A stretch of DNA of 64,000 bases. Origin: a virus. The notes under the pieces are model-generated. The model did no database searches, was not told the origin of the DNA, and saw only the letters and a program-made list of their open reading frames with translations. Shown here piece after piece: positions 52,584 through 62,118 of the stretch. The DNA lies in the IMG/VR virus record IMGVR_UViG_3300042691_051382; one strand, written 5' to 3'. The position numbers were made by a program, and so were the translations under genes. Each line of letters starts with the position of its first letter. Positions within the stretch are counted from its first letter, which is position 1.

Positions 52584-54134
52584 TTAATAATATCCATTTT
52601 TCTGAATATTTGCATCGAAGAAATCGTCGGGCTTGGGGATATCTTCGCGAGTGAGAATTTGCATTTCTTGAAAACCCATACTCAAACTAATTTTTATCGG
52701 TGCTTTGAACGTCGGTCCACTCTCAATATCTGCAAATTCTTGGTGTGTTATAAGCGCACCGTTTTGAGAATAATTAACATTTGTATTCAACAGAGCGCAT
52801 ATTTTGTATCTGGGTAAATATAAATTTTCTACCCACTGCCCACCACCCTGTTTGTCTTCTGCGTAAGTCATATTTTGCAGAAGAAACACACACGGAACAG
52901 TAACAAGAGCACTTCGATTTTGACGCGAAGGATGCGAATAATATTTCATCGCTGAAATAATTTTTGCGGCTTGACGTATTTCTTCTTGAGATTTTGCGTA
53001 AAAATTAACGTTCACCGTAAACGATCTTCTTCCAACCGATTCAAACAAAAATTCAAAGTTTTGAGCTGGTGCCACTCCTATTTTTGCGAGTGCCGATTGT
53101 ACCAAAGTTCCGTATCTCTCGTTTCCTAAATTTGATTTTATAAATTCACCGGCTATGGTGCTTCCAAGCTCTTTGGCTGCATCCAAATATCCACCACCTG
53201 CCGCAAGATTTGCGGCTATATTTTGAAGATTTGGTATAACATCAACTTGCTGTTTAGCGTTCCAATTGGTGCTGTAATTATAATTTAAATTTTCGCCAGT
53301 TGCGTAAAGATATATTATGTTTTTAACTTCATCTGGCAACAATTTATTGCTTACAGTAGTTCTAGCCGAAACATAATCGCTCATACTTTTTACAACCGAT
53401 TGTGGATCATATGATGTCAAGTATTTCGAAACATATTCTTTACCAACACCACTCGACAGAATCTTTTGAGCTTGTTCGCGAAACTGGTTTCTTGCATCAT
53501 TCAATGCGCCTTCTTTTTGCGCCTGACTTACAACATTATTAAAATCTTGTGAATATTGATTGGCGCGATCTTGAAAGTTGTTGATTTCGCTGGAATACAA
53601 GTTTGGATTGTTTAACAAAACGTCGTTAGCAACATCGCTAAGTTCGGTCCAACCACTAGAAAATTTTTCCCAAGAACTATCACCAGAAAATTGTCCGCTC
53701 ATTAATTTTTGTATAAAATTTAAAGATTTTTGTTTTGCTTCTTTGGTTATAAGATTGCCACCAGCATAATCCAAAATAGTAATTTTCAGAATGTTGCGAG
53801 GAACTTCGTGACCGTTAACGTACGATTTGGAAGTAATGTTTCCCAGACTTTCTGGGTAATAGTAAATTTTATTGAGTATGCTGCTGTGAACCGATTGATA
53901 ATTTTTTATTAAAGCGTCAACCACTTCATCCACAGCCGGATTCACAGATTGCTTGGAATCTTCGCCGCGAGCAACATAATCAAAAAACGGATCATTTTCT
54001 CCAGACAGATTAGGTTTGTCTGGAATACCTGGTTTGCCCAAAACCTGCGATCTCAAATTGGTATCGATATAAGGTGTGTTTGGATTTTGTGGATCGTAAG
54101 GCAAGACTGGTTCCTTATTTATAAATAATTTCAT
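52584..54134 (-). CDS. gp48: Baseplate tail-tube cap gp48-like
   Basis: EFLFESVGRRSF, CALLNTNVNYS, LSMGFQEMQILTREDI. Confidence 0.75.
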   Translation of the reverse strand: MKLFINKEPVLPYDPQNPNTPYIDTNLRSQVLGKPGIPDKPNLSGENDPFFDYVARGEDSKQSVNPAVDEVVDALIKNYQSVHSSILNKIYYYPESLGNITSKSYVNGHEVPRNILKITILDYAGGNLITKEAKQKSLNFIQKLMSGQFSGDSSWEKFSSGWTELSDVANDVLLNNPNLYSSEINNFQDRANQYSQDFNNVVSQAQKEGALNDARNQFREQAQKILSSGVGKEYVSKYLTSYDPQSVVKSMSDYVSARTTVSNKLLPDEVKNIIYLYATGENLNYNYSTNWNAKQQVDVIPNLQNIAANLAAGGGYLDAAKELGSTIAGEFIKSNLGNERYGTLVQSALAKIGVAPAQNFEFLFESVGRRSFTVNVNFYAKSQEEIRQAAKIISAMKYYSHPSRQNRSALVTVPCVFLLQNMTYAEDKQGGGQWVENLYLPRYKICALLNTNVNYSQNGALITHQEFADIESGPTFKAPIKISLSMGFQEMQILTREDIPKPDDFFDANIQKNGYY

Positions 54135-54145
54135 ATTTATTTATA
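54116..54145. promoter_or_regulatory. Cluster of overlapping late promoters on both strands
   Basis: TATAAATA on plus at 54120-54127 and on minus at 54116-54123 and 54138-54145. Confidence 0.65.
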
Positions 54146-54165
54146 TTTAAAAAAGGAAACAATTT

Positions 54166-54624
54166 ACGGCTTACAAAGGTCGCTACAGTCCCCAAAATCC
54201 CAAAAAGTATCATGGTGATCCCACCAAGATATTTTACCGTAGTCTTTGGGAGCGCAAATTTATGAAATTTTGCGATACCAACAGCTCGATCATTGAATGG
54301 TCAAGCGAAGAAATACAAATTCCATATTTTAGCTCGATAGACAAAAAGTACCATCGTTATTTTGTAGACTTCTGGATCAAAATCAAAGACCGAGACGGTA
54401 ACATCAAGTGTAAATTGATCGAAATCAAACCACACAAGCAAACCAAACAACCCAAACCCAAACAAAGACAAACACCGGCGTACCTGAAAGAAGTTAAGAA
54501 TTGGGTTATAAATAATCATAAGTGGAGCGCAGCCAACAAATACTGTCAAGAAAGAGATTGGGAGTTTTTGATATTGACTGAAAAGCATTTGTTCAAAGAA
54601 AATGATGGTAAAAACGACAAATAA
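54166..54624 (+). CDS. gp4: Head completion nuclease gp4, apparent ACG start
   Basis: The frame upstream of the called ATG encodes AYKGRYSPQNPKKYHGDPTKIFYRSLWERKF; WSSEE, HRYFVDF, IEIKP. Confidence 0.9.
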   Translation, partial: TAYKGRYSPQNPKKYHGDPTKIFYRSLWERKFMKFCDTNSSIIEWSSEEIQIPYFSSIDKKYHRYFVDFWIKIKDRDGNIKCKLIEIKPHKQTKQPKPKQRQTPAYLKEVKNWVINNHKWSAANKYCQERDWEFLILTEKHLFKENDGKNDK

Positions 54625-54988
54625 CCATAATTGGTTGCAAAAAATCGCTAAAGATCAAAAATACATCAAAATTTTTGATCCAAAAGAGCTTTTTGGTGGT
54701 TTTGTTGCATTAAGCTTCGACAAAAACGTTACTTCAACTCAAATATTTTGGCTAGTGGGCACAAAAAACAACAAAATTTTAGCGATTGATGTTTCAAAGC
54801 TGCCGTTCAACACCAAAAAATATTTAATTTTGTCAGTTTTTAATGATTTTTTTAAAAACCATGAAAATATTGAACTTTTTGTTCACAAGAATCGTTTAAA
54901 AACCAAAATAGTAGAACTTTCACCCGAACAAATAACAAAATTTGTTGTGTTGGATGCGAGTAACGCCAGAAACATTTTACATTTTTAA
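54602..54988 (+). CDS. Hypothetical protein, possibly a diverged DNA end protector gp2
   Basis: Sits in the gp2 slot; faint motif resemblance only. Confidence 0.4.
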   Translation: MMVKTTNNHNWLQKIAKDQKYIKIFDPKELFGGFVALSFDKNVTSTQIFWLVGTKNNKILAIDVSKLPFNTKKYLILSVFNDFFKNHENIELFVHKNRLKTKIVELSPEQITKFVVLDASNARNILHF

Positions 54989-54996
54989 GGTAAAAT

Positions 54997-56460
54997 ATGC
55001 CAATCCCTCCTATTCCAGATAGACCGATAGCTCCAGATCAAAGTAAAATTTTACCCGATCCGAACAATGCTTCGTATCCTGCTTCGGGATTCGAAAAGAA
55101 GTTTTTAGAGACATCTCCCAGACCACCCGAACTTACGGTGGCGGATCGTCTGGTTCAAGGCGCAGGAAATTTCGTAGAAACCACGTTCGAAGCCGTGGAT
55201 GGTAAAGTTAGACGTGCAATTAAAAATGTAGACTCTAAAATATTTGATAGCAATTCAGCCGATCCGGAAAAAACAAATCAACTGCTGCGTTCCAAATATG
55301 TTCCCGAAATAAAGAACACTCGTGGTTTGATTGGTCAGTTTATTCAACATGCCGCTAGTGTTGGTTTTTCACGCGACAATCGTTTTGTTGTTTTAGTGTA
55401 TGGTCCAAACATCAAAACAGACTTTTATAAAGATGCAATCAATCGAAAAAACTTTATAGCTTTCGGACGAAATGGATCTCGCAATTACATAGACAAAGAA
55501 CATCAACGTCGCCTTGCTTTGACATGCCAAGATGCAGTATTGGCTGGAAAAGCATTGATGACCGAAGATTTCAACACAACATCAAACGGTCCAGAAACTC
55601 GACACGCATATGCCGAAAACTATACGGGTGATTTATCGTTGACGTTTTTGAACAGCAACGATTTTTTCGAAAGAATGTATTTTGAAAATTGGATGGAAAA
55701 AATTGTAAATCCTGGCAACCATGAAGTTGCGCTTTACGACGACTATGCAAAACCCTGGTCGATAATTGTGGCTTGTCTTCCTGCTAATTTTTATAATTTG
55801 AATAATTTGAACGATCGTTACGAAAGCGGAGCCACAATCGAAGATGTTAGCAAAAGCGTTGTTCTCGATAAGACCTCCGACATTTACTTTGTAAGATACG
55901 ACCATGTTTATCCGTATCGAATAAACGATCAAACGTTGAGTGCCAGCAACACCAACACGAATTTGAAATTTACAGTTCAATTTAGATACCACCGTTGGTA
56001 CGATCCGGTGGTTCGCTACATGCAAGACAAAGAATACAAACGAGTTGGTTTGATGGGTATTCCAACAGCAGGTCAAGCTCTTGTGCAAAATGCTTTGAGA
56101 AGAAAAAAACAAGATCGAGACATAGCGCAAAACTATGTACCTGTTAGAAATTTGGAAGGACCCAATTACGCTCCGATTCCGGATGTTCCTGAAAACGTGG
56201 GTTCCACCGAAGAAGAATTGAGTCCGTTTGAAAAATTTAAGAAAATTGCAAGAACCATAGCCAGATATTCGGATCCAAGAGAGCTGAAAGGTTTGATTGT
56301 AAACACAGGAATCGAACAACTTGGTGGTGTTATCGGCGAAGGAAATCTTGAAACGATTGCTCAGGGTGGTCAAATCGTAGACGTTTATCGTCAAACACCA
56401 AACAAAGATTATCAAACAACCACAAGCAAACTTATAGGACCACTTGGAAAAATATTATAA
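54997..56460 (+). CDS. Baseplate tail-tube initiator gp54-like
   Basis: Tube-fold pattern LSLTF...ERMYFENWM...YDDY...VYP...FTVQFRY. Confidence 0.65.
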   Translation: MPIPPIPDRPIAPDQSKILPDPNNASYPASGFEKKFLETSPRPPELTVADRLVQGAGNFVETTFEAVDGKVRRAIKNVDSKIFDSNSADPEKTNQLLRSKYVPEIKNTRGLIGQFIQHAASVGFSRDNRFVVLVYGPNIKTDFYKDAINRKNFIAFGRNGSRNYIDKEHQRRLALTCQDAVLAGKALMTEDFNTTSNGPETRHAYAENYTGDLSLTFLNSNDFFERMYFENWMEKIVNPGNHEVALYDDYAKPWSIIVACLPANFYNLNNLNDRYESGATIEDVSKSVVLDKTSDIYFVRYDHVYPYRINDQTLSASNTNTNLKFTVQFRYHRWYDPVVRYMQDKEYKRVGLMGIPTAGQALVQNALRRKKQDRDIAQNYVPVRNLEGPNYAPIPDVPENVGSTEEELSPFEKFKKIARTIARYSDPRELKGLIVNTGIEQLGGVIGEGNLETIAQGGQIVDVYRQTPNKDYQTTTSKLIGPLGKIL

Positions 56461-56473
56461 TTAAGGATTTTTT

Positions 56474-57178
56474 ATGCCATTACCACAAATTGATGTGCCG
56501 ATTTACGAATTGCAACTTGTATCCAAAGAACAAAAAATACAGTATCGTCCTTTTTTAGTAAAAGAAAAGAAAATACTCATGATCGCTGCCGAATCGAAAG
56601 ATCCGTCCGCAGCGTATCTTGCGGTAAAACAGATTGTCAACAACTGTACCTTCAATAAAATTGATGTTGAAGATCTGGCACTTTTTGATCTGCAATATTT
56701 GTTTTTAAATATACGCAGCAAATCGATCGGTGAAGTTAGTGAATTTAAGTTTTCTTGTCCAAAATGTAAAAACAAAATTTTGTCGTCTATAAATTTTGAA
56801 GAAATAAAAATAACCAAAGATCCAAACCACGACAAGAAAATAATGATAACCGATAAAATTGGTATCGTTATGAAGTACCCCAACATGCAAATCGAGAAAT
56901 TAGCAAAGCAGAATTATGGGCGCGAAGAGTTGGATCTTAAGGTTGTGGTTTCTTGTATCGACTATGTTTTTGATCAAGAGCAAGTTTATTACTCGAAAGA
57001 TATAACTCAAAAAGAATTGGAAGAATTGATTGAAAGTTTAACCGAACAACAGTTTAAAAAGATAAGCAAGTTTTTTGATACACTACCATCTTTAAAACAC
57101 AATATTCCATACGCATGCTCGTCTTGTGGTCACGCCGATACGTATGAAGTAAAGGATCTTTATGGTTTTTTCGCCTGA
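56474..57178 (+). CDS. gp26: Baseplate hub assembly protein gp26
   Basis: MPLPQIDVPIYEL, YRPFLVKEKKIL, FDLQYLFLNIRSKSIGE, two CxxC pairs. Confidence 0.9.
   Translation: MPLPQIDVPIYELQLVSKEQKIQYRPFLVKEKKILMIAAESKDPSAAYLAVKQIVNNCTFNKIDVEDLALFDLQYLFLNIRSKSIGEVSEFKFSCPKCKNKILSSINFEEIKITKDPNHDKKIMITDKIGIVMKYPNMQIEKLAKQNYGREELDLKVVVSCIDYVFDQEQVYYSKDITQKELEELIESLTEQQFKKISKFFDTLPSLKHNIPYACSSCGHADTYEVKDLYGFFA
57166..57172 (+). other. Putative -1 ribosomal frameshift heptamer T TTT TTC
   Basis: X XXY YYZ in the correct phase, one codon before the gp26 stop. Confidence 0.65.
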
Positions 57179-57360
57179 GCTGCATCGATGAAAATTTGTA
57201 TCAGTACTATAAATTAAATTTTCAATTGATGCAGCATCACAAGTATTCTTTGAACGATTTGGAAAACATGGTGCCTTGGGAAAGAGAAATTTATATTATT
57301 ATGATACGCGACTATATCGATGAGGAAAACAAGCGTCTTGCTCAGCAAAATAGAGGATAA
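57172..57360 (+). CDS. gp51: gp51-like hub chaperone frame, absent from the ORF track
   Basis: RLSCIDENLYQYYKLNFQLMQHHKYSLNDLENMVPWEREIYIIMIRDYIDEEN..., in the -1 frame of gp26. Confidence 0.8.
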   Translation, partial: RLSCIDENLYQYYKLNFQLMQHHKYSLNDLENMVPWEREIYIIMIRDYIDEENKRLAQQNRG

Positions 57361-57362
57361 AA

Positions 57363-59312
57363 ATGGAAAAGTTAGATTTTACAAAAAATGTAGAATTTGA
57401 AAACACTCCGGGTTCAATTGCAAAGATCATTGTGTCGATTGTTGAAGCCAACAAAACTGTTGATCAAGTTGCAAATGCTGAACCATCTGCAAAACAAGAC
57501 ACTCCTCCAGCTCAAAAAACAGAGACTACCACAAAACAAAATGATCTTGATATAGCACCAAGAAGCAACGAAGATAAAAAAGAAACTTACGACACGGTTT
57601 TCACATCAAGCAAAGCTGATGATATTGAAGCTGGTGGTTCAAATTTAAATCCCGAATCAATATCTGTTAATGTACCACCGGTCGAAGAACCAACACAAGA
57701 AGATCAAAAAACTATTGCGATCGATTCTGTTGCGATTCAACCCGACATCGATCAGCAAAAAACTGACGCAAATCAAGACCCGCAAGAACCTAAAGATCAA
57801 CAGCCACCCGATACCAAACAAGATGCGGATCAAAGTAAAATTGTTTCTCAAATTTTACAAGAAGTTCAGAAAATAGAAAGTGCTTTGATACCAAACGATT
57901 CGGATGCTCCAGATGTTAAGTTATCAGAACAATCTACCGATATTGCAGGTTTTCAAGAACAATTAAAATCTGATCAGCAAGAAGAAAATAGAGCCAACGC
58001 AAAATTTGAGAAAATACAAAAAGAACACGCAAAAATATTCAATAACATTTATAATGAAGTTTCAAAGATTGAAAAATCACTTGAAAAAGATCGTTTCGCA
58101 GCTGAAGAAGCCGAACGAGAAGCGCAAGTAACACGCGAAAAAGATGTTGAACTGAAACAAGAACAAAAAACAGAAGATAAAAAGCAGGATGGTTTTTTTG
58201 AAAACATGTTTGGTATGCTTGGTTTTGGTGGTTTATTTAAAACTATCAAAGATTTTGGGAAAACTATATTTGATCTTTCTAAAAACATATTTTCGCTTGT
58301 TGGAAAAATTGGACCAATGTTGTCTCGGCTTGCTTCTGGAGCCGGTGGTGCTATTTCTGCTGCAGGCAAAACTATAGCATCAGGGCTTGGAACAGCCACA
58401 AGTTTTTTGACGGGTGGCTTGGGTGTAGGCGGTTTGATGACTTCGAGTGCGGGAGCAGCACTTAGCGGAAGTTTGGGTGCTGGTGCGGCAATAGGAGCTG
58501 GTGGAGCAGCTTTGGGCGCAGCAGCTGGTGGTTTTTATGCTGGTGATTATATTGCAGAAAAAGCCGGAGTTGGTATTTATGGGTGGGCGCAAGAAGCCGA
58601 AAAACAGGGCGAACAAGCAGCTAAAGCAGCAGAAAATGAACCAGATGAATTGAAGAAACTGCAACTTGAAGTGATGGCTCTCGAGAATAAAGCCAATGCT
58701 GAAAGAAATAGAAGTCTTGGTGGTGCTGTAGGATTGTTCCGTAAAGAAGGTGTTGCAAGTGAAGAAACTTTACAGCAAATAAAAGAAAAAAGAGAAAAGA
58801 TGAATAAGTTGGCGAGCGAGAGAAAAAAAGCGGAACAAGAATTAAAAGCTTATAAAGAATCTATGGGATTGGAAGAGCCAGCTTCTACAACGCAATCCAC
58901 CGATCAAATGCAAACTGTTTCAGTGGGACAGCAAACTCCAGCCACTACCGAAAGCACTCAATCTACTACGGTAGACGCAAAAGACGGTAGCGCAAACACA
59001 GATTTAACATCATATCAAACAACTAATGCACAACTAGAATACGAGACTGTTACGGTTGGTGATAATATTCCAGCTAGAATCGATCGCATACCCGAAACAG
59101 TAGAGTCGGTGAAAGCAACCAATGAAGCTCAAACTTCAGCATCGATGACGGTCAATGAAGTAATGCGTTTGGCTAACATGCAGACATCTCAAAAAGCATC
59201 GGCTGCGCCGGTGGTTAATCAAGTGACTGTCAACAACTCATCACAGTCTTACAATTCGGGTGGTCAATTCCGAAGACCGATAGAACCTGAAGTATCAAGA
59301 AGAAGAACATAA
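57363..59312 (+). CDS. Probable tape measure / hub protein (gp29-like)
   Basis: Follows gp26/51; coiled coils, Gly/Ala hydrophobic tract, C-terminal PVVNQVTVNN. Confidence 0.6.
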   Translation: MEKLDFTKNVEFENTPGSIAKIIVSIVEANKTVDQVANAEPSAKQDTPPAQKTETTTKQNDLDIAPRSNEDKKETYDTVFTSSKADDIEAGGSNLNPESISVNVPPVEEPTQEDQKTIAIDSVAIQPDIDQQKTDANQDPQEPKDQQPPDTKQDADQSKIVSQILQEVQKIESALIPNDSDAPDVKLSEQSTDIAGFQEQLKSDQQEENRANAKFEKIQKEHAKIFNNIYNEVSKIEKSLEKDRFAAEEAEREAQVTREKDVELKQEQKTEDKKQDGFFENMFGMLGFGGLFKTIKDFGKTIFDLSKNIFSLVGKIGPMLSRLASGAGGAISAAGKTIASGLGTATSFLTGGLGVGGLMTSSAGAALSGSLGAGAAIGAGGAALGAAAGGFYAGDYIAEKAGVGIYGWAQEAEKQGEQAAKAAENEPDELKKLQLEVMALENKANAERNRSLGGAVGLFRKEGVASEETLQQIKEKREKMNKLASERKKAEQELKAYKESMGLEEPASTTQSTDQMQTVSVGQQTPATTESTQSTTVDAKDGSANTDLTSYQTTNAQLEYETVTVGDNIPARIDRIPETVESVKATNEAQTSASMTVNEVMRLANMQTSQKASAAPVVNQVTVNNSSQSYNSGGQFRRPIEPEVSRRRT

Positions 59313-59341
59313 AAAAAGGGAGCCGAAAGGCTCCCTTTTTT
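59311..59341. terminator. Bidirectional terminator between convergent genes
   Basis: AAAAAAGGGAGCC-GAAA-GGCTCCCTTTTTT. Confidence 0.92.
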
Positions 59342-59358
59342 GTTAGCACATCAACCAA

Positions 59359-60252
59359 TTATTCTTCGGCTGCAAGACGCTTGAAATAGCTGATGTTATC
59401 GTCTTCTTCGATGTCTGCCTCGAACGGAGGAGCATTATCGGTAGGCTTGGCAGTTTCCTTCTTGGCTGCAAACTTACTCGAAGGATTCGAGTCGTTGATA
59501 CCAGGCTTCTGCTTACCAGCAATAACTTGCGAGAACTTGGTTTGAAGTTCTTCGTAGCTCTTGAATTCGCCGGGTGCAACAAATTCATTGAGCTTGTGCT
59601 GCTGCTTCCAAAGCTTCTCGAGCTTGCTGTCGTCACCGTCAAACAAAGCAGTGGGTGACGCAAATTCGCTAGCATCGTAGTTGGGGAAATCGCTAATCGT
59701 ACGAACCTTCAACTTGAAGTTGCGACCCTTCCAGAAATCAAAAGGATTGATCGGCTCTTCGCCAGCAAACTGAGGAGTCATCGATTCGGTGATCTTGTCA
59801 AAGATCTTCTTGCCGTAGTTGTACAGGAAGATCTTGCCTTCGTTTTCCTTGTGAGCCGGATCGCTGATCACAAGAATGTTGCTGATGTAACGCAACTTGC
59901 GCTTGCGTGCACGAGCGATCTCCTTGTCGCTTTCGATGCCGCTGTTCCAAAGAACACTGTTGGCTTCGCAAATCGGACACTTCTGACCAAGAGTGGTGGG
60001 GCAGTTCTCGATGAACCAATCGCCACCCGGACCACGGAAGCCGTGCGAGAAGATTCGTGCCCACGGAATCTCTTCGCCCTCACAAGCCGGAAGGAAGCGG
60101 ATTACCGCAAAACCGTTGCCGCTCTTGTCGCGCTCGATGTTCCAAAAGCGGTCATCCTTGAAAGATTCTCCACCCTTGTTCATCTTTTCCAACTCGCGGC
60201 TCAGAGACGCAATGTTGCTCTGAGACTGCTTCTTCAAATTCTGAAAACTCAT
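59359..60252 (-). CDS. gp32: Single-stranded DNA-binding protein gp32
   Basis: DDRFW, GNGFAVIRFLP, ENCPTTLGQKCPICE, YGKKIFDKI, SYFKRLAAE. Confidence 0.97.
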   Translation of the reverse strand: MSFQNLKKQSQSNIASLSRELEKMNKGGESFKDDRFWNIERDKSGNGFAVIRFLPACEGEEIPWARIFSHGFRGPGGDWFIENCPTTLGQKCPICEANSVLWNSGIESDKEIARARKRKLRYISNILVISDPAHKENEGKIFLYNYGKKIFDKITESMTPQFAGEEPINPFDFWKGRNFKLKVRTISDFPNYDASEFASPTALFDGDDSKLEKLWKQQHKLNEFVAPGEFKSYEELQTKFSQVIAGKQKPGINDSNPSSKFAAKKETAKPTDNAPPFEADIEEDDNISYFKRLAAEE

Positions 60253-60304
60253 ATTTTACTCCTTATGTAAAGTTTTGTGTGTTTGTGTGAGTTTTGTGTA
60301 CAAA

Positions 60305-60312
60305 TATTTATG
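60305..60312 (-). promoter_or_regulatory. Late promoter variant CATAAATA (gp32)
   Basis: Upstream of the gp32 leader. Confidence 0.5.
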
Positions 60313-60928
60313 CAACCGAGTAACGATTTACATTATCTAGTAGTACTTTTTTATACTGTTTGATATTGTTTATTTTTAAAAAACATTTGTACTTTTTGAA
60401 TTTAAGTGACATGCTATTGTATGCAGCATCTTCTGAAAGTTTACGATCAAATTGCTTATTAAATTCAAGAATAAAATCTAAAATTACATATGTTTCGGGG
60501 TTGATTTGTTTGCGCATCAAAAGCTTAAATATCTCTGGATGCGTGGCTTCGCACGAGAATAAATCGTCAAATTTTTGATTGTTATTTTCTAAGTAATTGC
60601 AAATAGTTTCTACATCTTGTTGATAATTATATTCGATACTTTCGTTTCGTTTGCACCATTCTTTGTACACTTCTTCCAATCGAGTCGTTAAAAAATCTCC
60701 AATCCAAACATTTTCATCCACTAAAAAATTCGAAACAAACAAATTTACTATTTGATCGTCTCGATATTTCTTGCTGATTTTTTCAAAAAAATATCTATCT
60801 TTTCGACTTAAAAAAGTCGAGTGTTTGGCTTTGACATTTCCGTATTTTGTATAATCGTACGAAGCACTGGTAAAATGAGACTTTACACCAAGGTAAGTTT
60901 TATAAACTGTAAAAGCATCCATTGTCAC
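60308..60928 (-). CDS. gp59: Helicase loader gp59
   Basis: YKTYLGVKSHFT...YDY.KY, RKDRYFFEK, FVSNF. Confidence 0.9.
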   Translation of the reverse strand: MTMDAFTVYKTYLGVKSHFTSASYDYTKYGNVKAKHSTFLSRKDRYFFEKISKKYRDDQIVNLFVSNFLVDENVWIGDFLTTRLEEVYKEWCKRNESIEYNYQQDVETICNYLENNNQKFDDLFSCEATHPEIFKLLMRKQINPETYVILDFILEFNKQFDRKLSEDAAYNSMSLKFKKYKCFLKINNIKQYKKVLLDNVNRYSVA

Positions 60929-60929
60929 C

Positions 60930-61157
60930 TCACAGTGGCAAAGAGTTTTTCTTTGGTCTCAAATTGAGTTGTTGTCCTTCAAAATCCACTTTTTCTTTTA
61001 TTGATTTGCTGATAAGCTTTCCGATAGAGTCTGGTTCGATTTGATTCAACTCACACAAACACAGTATGGCTTCAATATACTTGCAATTGTTCTTTTGTCG
61101 ATATTCTTCAATTTGTTTGTTGAATGTTTTTTTGTCTAATTTAAATGATGCACCCAT
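60930..61157 (-). CDS. gp33: Late transcription co-activator gp33
   Basis: YIEAILCLCELNQIEPD..KLISKSIKEKV; start moved to 61157 behind AGGAG. Confidence 0.85.
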   Translation of the reverse strand: MGASFKLDKKTFNKQIEEYRQKNNCKYIEAILCLCELNQIEPDSIGKLISKSIKEKVDFEGQQLNLRPKKNSLPL

Positions 61158-61162
61158 AATAA

Positions 61163-61867
61163 TTACTCCTTGATTTTGTTTTGTATTTCTTGAAAATCGT
61201 TTGCTTTCCAATAATCTTTAATGGTTTTGTTTAAACTCTTTAAATAATTTTTGGGGTTCTTTTTGAATTCTTGCACTGTTCCGTCTTCGCTGCTGATCAA
61301 TATCACAATTTGATTAACAGGAGTGCCTGTTAATTCTTGATACATCAGCGAGTAGCAACTTGCTTGTTCAAAATAATTGGTGATCCAGTCTTCACGCTTT
61401 TGTTTTCCGGATCCTTTAAAGTCAATAATCGACAAAACACCATCGTATTCGGCAATACAGTCAACTCTACCAGCCATTCGCAAAGTATCCGACCACATGG
61501 GTGATTCTTGCAAATGTATGTTGTTTATCTTGTCTAATTGTTCTTGCATCTGCTGAAAAAGATAAACCGTCAATAAATTTTTGTTTTTCTTGTAGTCGTC
61601 TTGGTTTTTTAGATACTTCTCGATCATTTCATGCAATTCGTTTCCACGATTTGATGCATGTTTGCTCAATTTTTCATTGTCGGGATTTTTTCTCCATTCG
61701 GCAAAAAATTCACTTTTTGCAAATCCCGTGACTGTGGTCACCGAAGGATACCAATAATTTGGCATTCTTGGCGAACGATAAAAGCGTCCGAAGCTTGTCT
61801 CTTTGGAACATATCAATCCACAATCGTGTGGCATCTTTGATGAAACATCAACACGGTTGAATTTCAT
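61163..61867 (-). CDS. PD-(D/E)xK exonuclease
   Basis: YPSVTTV, RGNELH, AGRVDCIAEYDG.LSIIDFK, Q...Y. Confidence 0.88.
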   Translation of the reverse strand: MKFNRVDVSSKMPHDCGLICSKETSFGRFYRSPRMPNYWYPSVTTVTGFAKSEFFAEWRKNPDNEKLSKHASNRGNELHEMIEKYLKNQDDYKKNKNLLTVYLFQQMQEQLDKINNIHLQESPMWSDTLRMAGRVDCIAEYDGVLSIIDFKGSGKQKREDWITNYFEQASCYSLMYQELTGTPVNQIVILISSEDGTVQEFKKNPKNYLKSLNKTIKDYWKANDFQEIQNKIKE

Positions 61868-62118
61868 GAATACTTGCTTTGTATGTTGGTTCGATTGGAT
61901 CTATTGAATTTAGACATAACTTCATGCCAACCCTTGTCGTGCTTTTTTACTCCGATATTAACTGGATCACAAACGGCAGGTATACCAATAGAAAGTTCAA
62001 CTTTCTTTTTGCCGCATGATGGGCATGCTTTTTTGGTGGGTTTGTTGCGATCTGCAACTTTTTGAAATTCTTCAAACTTGTGATTGCACGAACCACAAGT
62101 GTAATCATACAAAGGCAT
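61864..62118 (-). CDS. FmdB-family zinc-ribbon protein
   Basis: MPLYDYTCGSCNHKFE...CPSCG. Confidence 0.85.
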   Translation of the reverse strand: MPLYDYTCGSCNHKFEEFQKVADRNKPTKKACPSCGKKKVELSIGIPAVCDPVNIGVKKHDKGWHEVMSKFNRSNRTNIQSKYS

